Of a DNA stretch of 64,000 nucleotides, positions 61,081 through 64,000 are shown one piece after another. Every line of letters starts with the position of its first letter. The first letter of the stretch is position 1. The notes under the pieces were generated by a model. The model saw only the letters and a program-made list of their open reading frames with translations. It searched no databases and was not told the origin of the DNA. The position numbers were made by a program, and so were the translations under genes. Source of the stretch: Eledone cirrhosa (lineage: Eukaryota); assembly GCA_964016885.1 (NCBI GenBank), contig OZ024741.1, forward strand, positions 110,918,001 to 110,982,000, read 5' to 3'.

Positions 61081-61239
61081 AAATAATATCGATATAAAAA
61101 TTACATCGACATTAATAGATTAGTGATGGTCTCCTTCAGCGCTAAAAAGAGACTGGTAGATTCGATATAACTTCGATAGGTTTTGGCCAGTATTGGCCCA
61201 GGCCATGTCTAACTTAATAGCACCACCATATATATATAA

Positions 61240-64000
61240 ATTTGTTTTGCAAGGTTTTTGATATGAAATCGGGTGATGAAACAAATATTGTTATATTTGG
61301 GGAGGGTCATATTGTTATAATATTGCCAGAAATAATAATAAAACACACCCACTGTTTGGTTTGGATTGGTTTTCGCTTCTGTATCTTTTATATCTCCATA
61401 GTTAATTTATCTAACAATCAATGTTTATCATTGATTGACCAACAGTTAAAAATACAGATATAAATATATATATATGGTCTATCAAAGTTCTTTCGTCACA
61501 CATCTGTGACATCATCAGTGGTACTATTATGTTTCCTCCCATTGTATTGTAATGCCTACGCCATTTTTATTTTATTTATTTATTTATTCTTGTTTCTGTC
61601 TCTGTTTGTGTGTGTGTTTGAGTGTATGTATTTTTGTATTATATCTTTGTTCACTAGTGTGTGTTTATATGTGTTTGTCATTATTGTACTTGTGTATATA
61701 TTTATTTATTTATATTTCCCTTAGGTCAGATAAATCTGGTAGGATGTCAATAGACAGCATGCTGAACTACATCAAGGCTATGCAACAACACATCATCAAC
61801 ACGAGTGAACCAACACAACAAACACATGTGGAGAGAGAAAAGATCCTCAATGCTCATATGATGATGTGGACCGACATCCTAAAGCCAAGTAGACGCACAG
61901 CCAATAATTTCCAAGCATCTAACAACGACATACCACCCTTTAATGGACTCCGCAAAAACCATAAAACAACCAACAACCCGACGACAGGACCACCAACAAG
62001 ACCTGTATGCAGACCCAATATTGCTAGTAGCTACAGGATCTCCTACTTCCTCTCTATGATTATACGCCCCATAATTAAGATTTCTCCAGATATATGCGAC
62101 AGCACAGAGGACCTCCTCAGTAGAATCAATGAATGCAACAACAAAAACTTAACTAACTGCATAATAGGCAGTATGGATGTAGTGCCCTGTACCCATCCAT
62201 TGACATTGATTTTGTTGTGGAAAAATGTGTGGAAATAATCGGTGAGAGTGAGGTGGAGTTCTGCGACATCAACACAGATGAACTGGGCCTCCTACTTAGA
62301 CTTATTTATGGCACCAAATACCTAGATAATCATGACCTTAGCTGTTTCTGCCCCAGTAGACCTATAAGAGGTAGACCTCCCACCATAACTCAATGCCTAA
62401 AAAGACTCCCATAGGAAGATGGAATGGATGGGCCAAAGCCATACGGACACCCCAAAACAACGATCAGGAGCTAGTATTAAAACTACCGTAAAGGGCCATA
62501 TGTTTAAATTTAATGAAAAAATCTACACCCAGAATGAAGGAGCAGCCATTGGCATCAGCATAGCTGGCGATGTTACCAATCTGTTTATGGTATGGTGGGA
62601 GAGGAAACTCAGAGAACTCCATAGTCCTCATCATATACTCTCGTTACATAGACGATAGTAATATAGTAATAAGAACACCACCACAAGAGAGTACCAATAA
62701 ACCTGAATTAGAAAATAGCACAATGGAGAGCATCCAGCAGATAGCTAACTCCATACACCAGTGTATAACTGTAACCATTGACTACCCTTCCAAACAGCCT
62801 AATAATAGACTACCAGTATTAGACACAGAACTCTGGTTAAACACGAGAGGGCCCAAATTCTCCACTCAGACTATGCTAAACCCATGGCCTCCAAATACCT
62901 GATACTAAAAAACTCAGCAATGTCCAATAGTGCTAAGTTTAATATTCTGATCGCAGACTTGGTAAGAGTGATGAAGAATGTGTCCCGCGTGTGCGACCCA
63001 ACTAAAATGGAAAGACACATCCAACACTTCATCAATCGCATGCAGTTCTCTGGCTACAACCAAAGAGACCGAATCAGAGTATACAAAGAAGCCACGGAAA
63101 AATATAAGACCCTCATAGAAATGGACAAAAGGAATTTGCCCATTATACAGGAGAAAATCATGAAATAGCTTAGATAGGACTAAACAAAAAATAGGGAAAG
63201 CCACCTCATGGTACAACAACCAGAGATACCAGAGTGTCATGTTTGTGGATGCTATCCCTGGAAGGAAATTAGCTAAGCAATGTAGAAAGGCCCTAAGAAA
63301 GACCCATCTAAAGATTAAAGTGGTAGAAAAGCCAGGAACTACCATAAAATCCTTGATCAGCAAGACATACCCCTTTAAGAAAACCCACTGTATGAATAAG
63401 AAATGTGTTATATGTAGAATGAACCCCTAGATAAATTGTAAAACTAGAAATGTAGTCTATAGCATAAGATGTACAAAGGGTACTTGCTGAAACATGACAA
63501 CGACATACATAGGTGAGCCAGCTCGAAGCATAGGAGAAAGAATAGACCAACACTGGGAGGAACTAAAAGGACAAAAAAACGGTTCAGTACTATATGAACA
63601 CGCCAGACAAAGACATGACGGTAATATAGACAACATAGAAATTAAAATAATATCCAAGCATAGAAATGACTCAACAGGTAGGCAAACCAGAGAAGCAACT
63701 GAGATAGAAGTAAGAAAACCAAAGTTGAACAGAAAGAATGAATGAAATAACAACAACCACCATACCCAAACAAACAATACTGACCTAAGGGAAATATAAA
63801 TAAATAAATATATACACAAGTACAATAATGACAAACACATATAAACACACACTAGTGAACAAAGATAGAATACAAAAATACATACACTCAAACACATGCG
63901 CAAACAGAGACAGAAACAAGAATAAATAAATAAAATAAAAATGGCGTAGGCATTACAATACAATGGGAGGAAACATAATAGTACCACTGATGACGTCACA
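61240..64000 (+). mobile_element. Penelope-like retroelement (RT plus GIY-YIG, frameshifted) with inverted pseudo-LTR; runs off the window end
   Basis: SDKSG, GPPTRPVC, GSMDV..LYPSID, QNEGAAIG, YSRYIDD, LPVLD, Cys linker CMNKKCVIC, VVYSIRC...YIGE.AR. 61505-61729 is the reverse complement of 63780-64000. Confidence 0.88.
61480..61523 (-). ncRNA. Minimal type I hammerhead in inverted pseudo-LTR; partner begins at 63982 and is cut by the window end
   Basis: tacca-CTGATGA-t-gtcaca-gatg-tgtgac-GAAA-gaac-TT-tgata. Confidence 0.68.

Noticed and set aside
63457-63999. 180-aa hydrophobic Cys-rich ORF (and 61506..61724)
   Set aside because: Antisense reading of the low-complexity A/C-rich Penelope pseudo-LTR.

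Overview
Eukaryotic, AT-rich, repeat-dense genomic DNA. It is probably molluscan/cephalopod (octopus-like), inferred only from the SINE types and composition. Two spliced host genes can be assembled by eye with consistent GT-AG sites and phases. CROT (peroxisomal carnitine O-octanoyltransferase) is on + with 15 coding exons (18059-40195, ~617 aa, C-terminal PTS1-like AHL). ZNF622/Rei1 (60S maturation factor) is on - with 7 coding exons (53092-40353, ~419 aa). Their stop codons are only 157 bp apart, tail-to-tail. The rest is transposon debris: a full-length but mutated Ty3/gypsy LTR element (5088-9273) nested in a CRE-clade retrotransposon, further CRE, R4/Dong-, HERO-, RTE-, CR1- and Tx1-like LINE fragments, a DD37D (maT) element and other Tc1/mariner remnants, many tRNA-derived SINEs, and micro/minisatellites. 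The most notable signal is a dense set of about ten type-I hammerhead ribozyme motifs (CUGANGA...GAAA...UH, minimal and often palindromic stem III). They lie in Penelope-like elements and ORF-less derivatives, mostly next to (TA)n. They include one sense-strand copy in a CROT intron, two with very long or multibranched stem II, a family with an extra nucleotide after A9, and a head-to-head fold-back pair. A separate small (TA)n-embedded hairpin element shows covariation between its two copies. All coordinates were counted by hand and may be off by a few bases. No database searches or folding programs were run.
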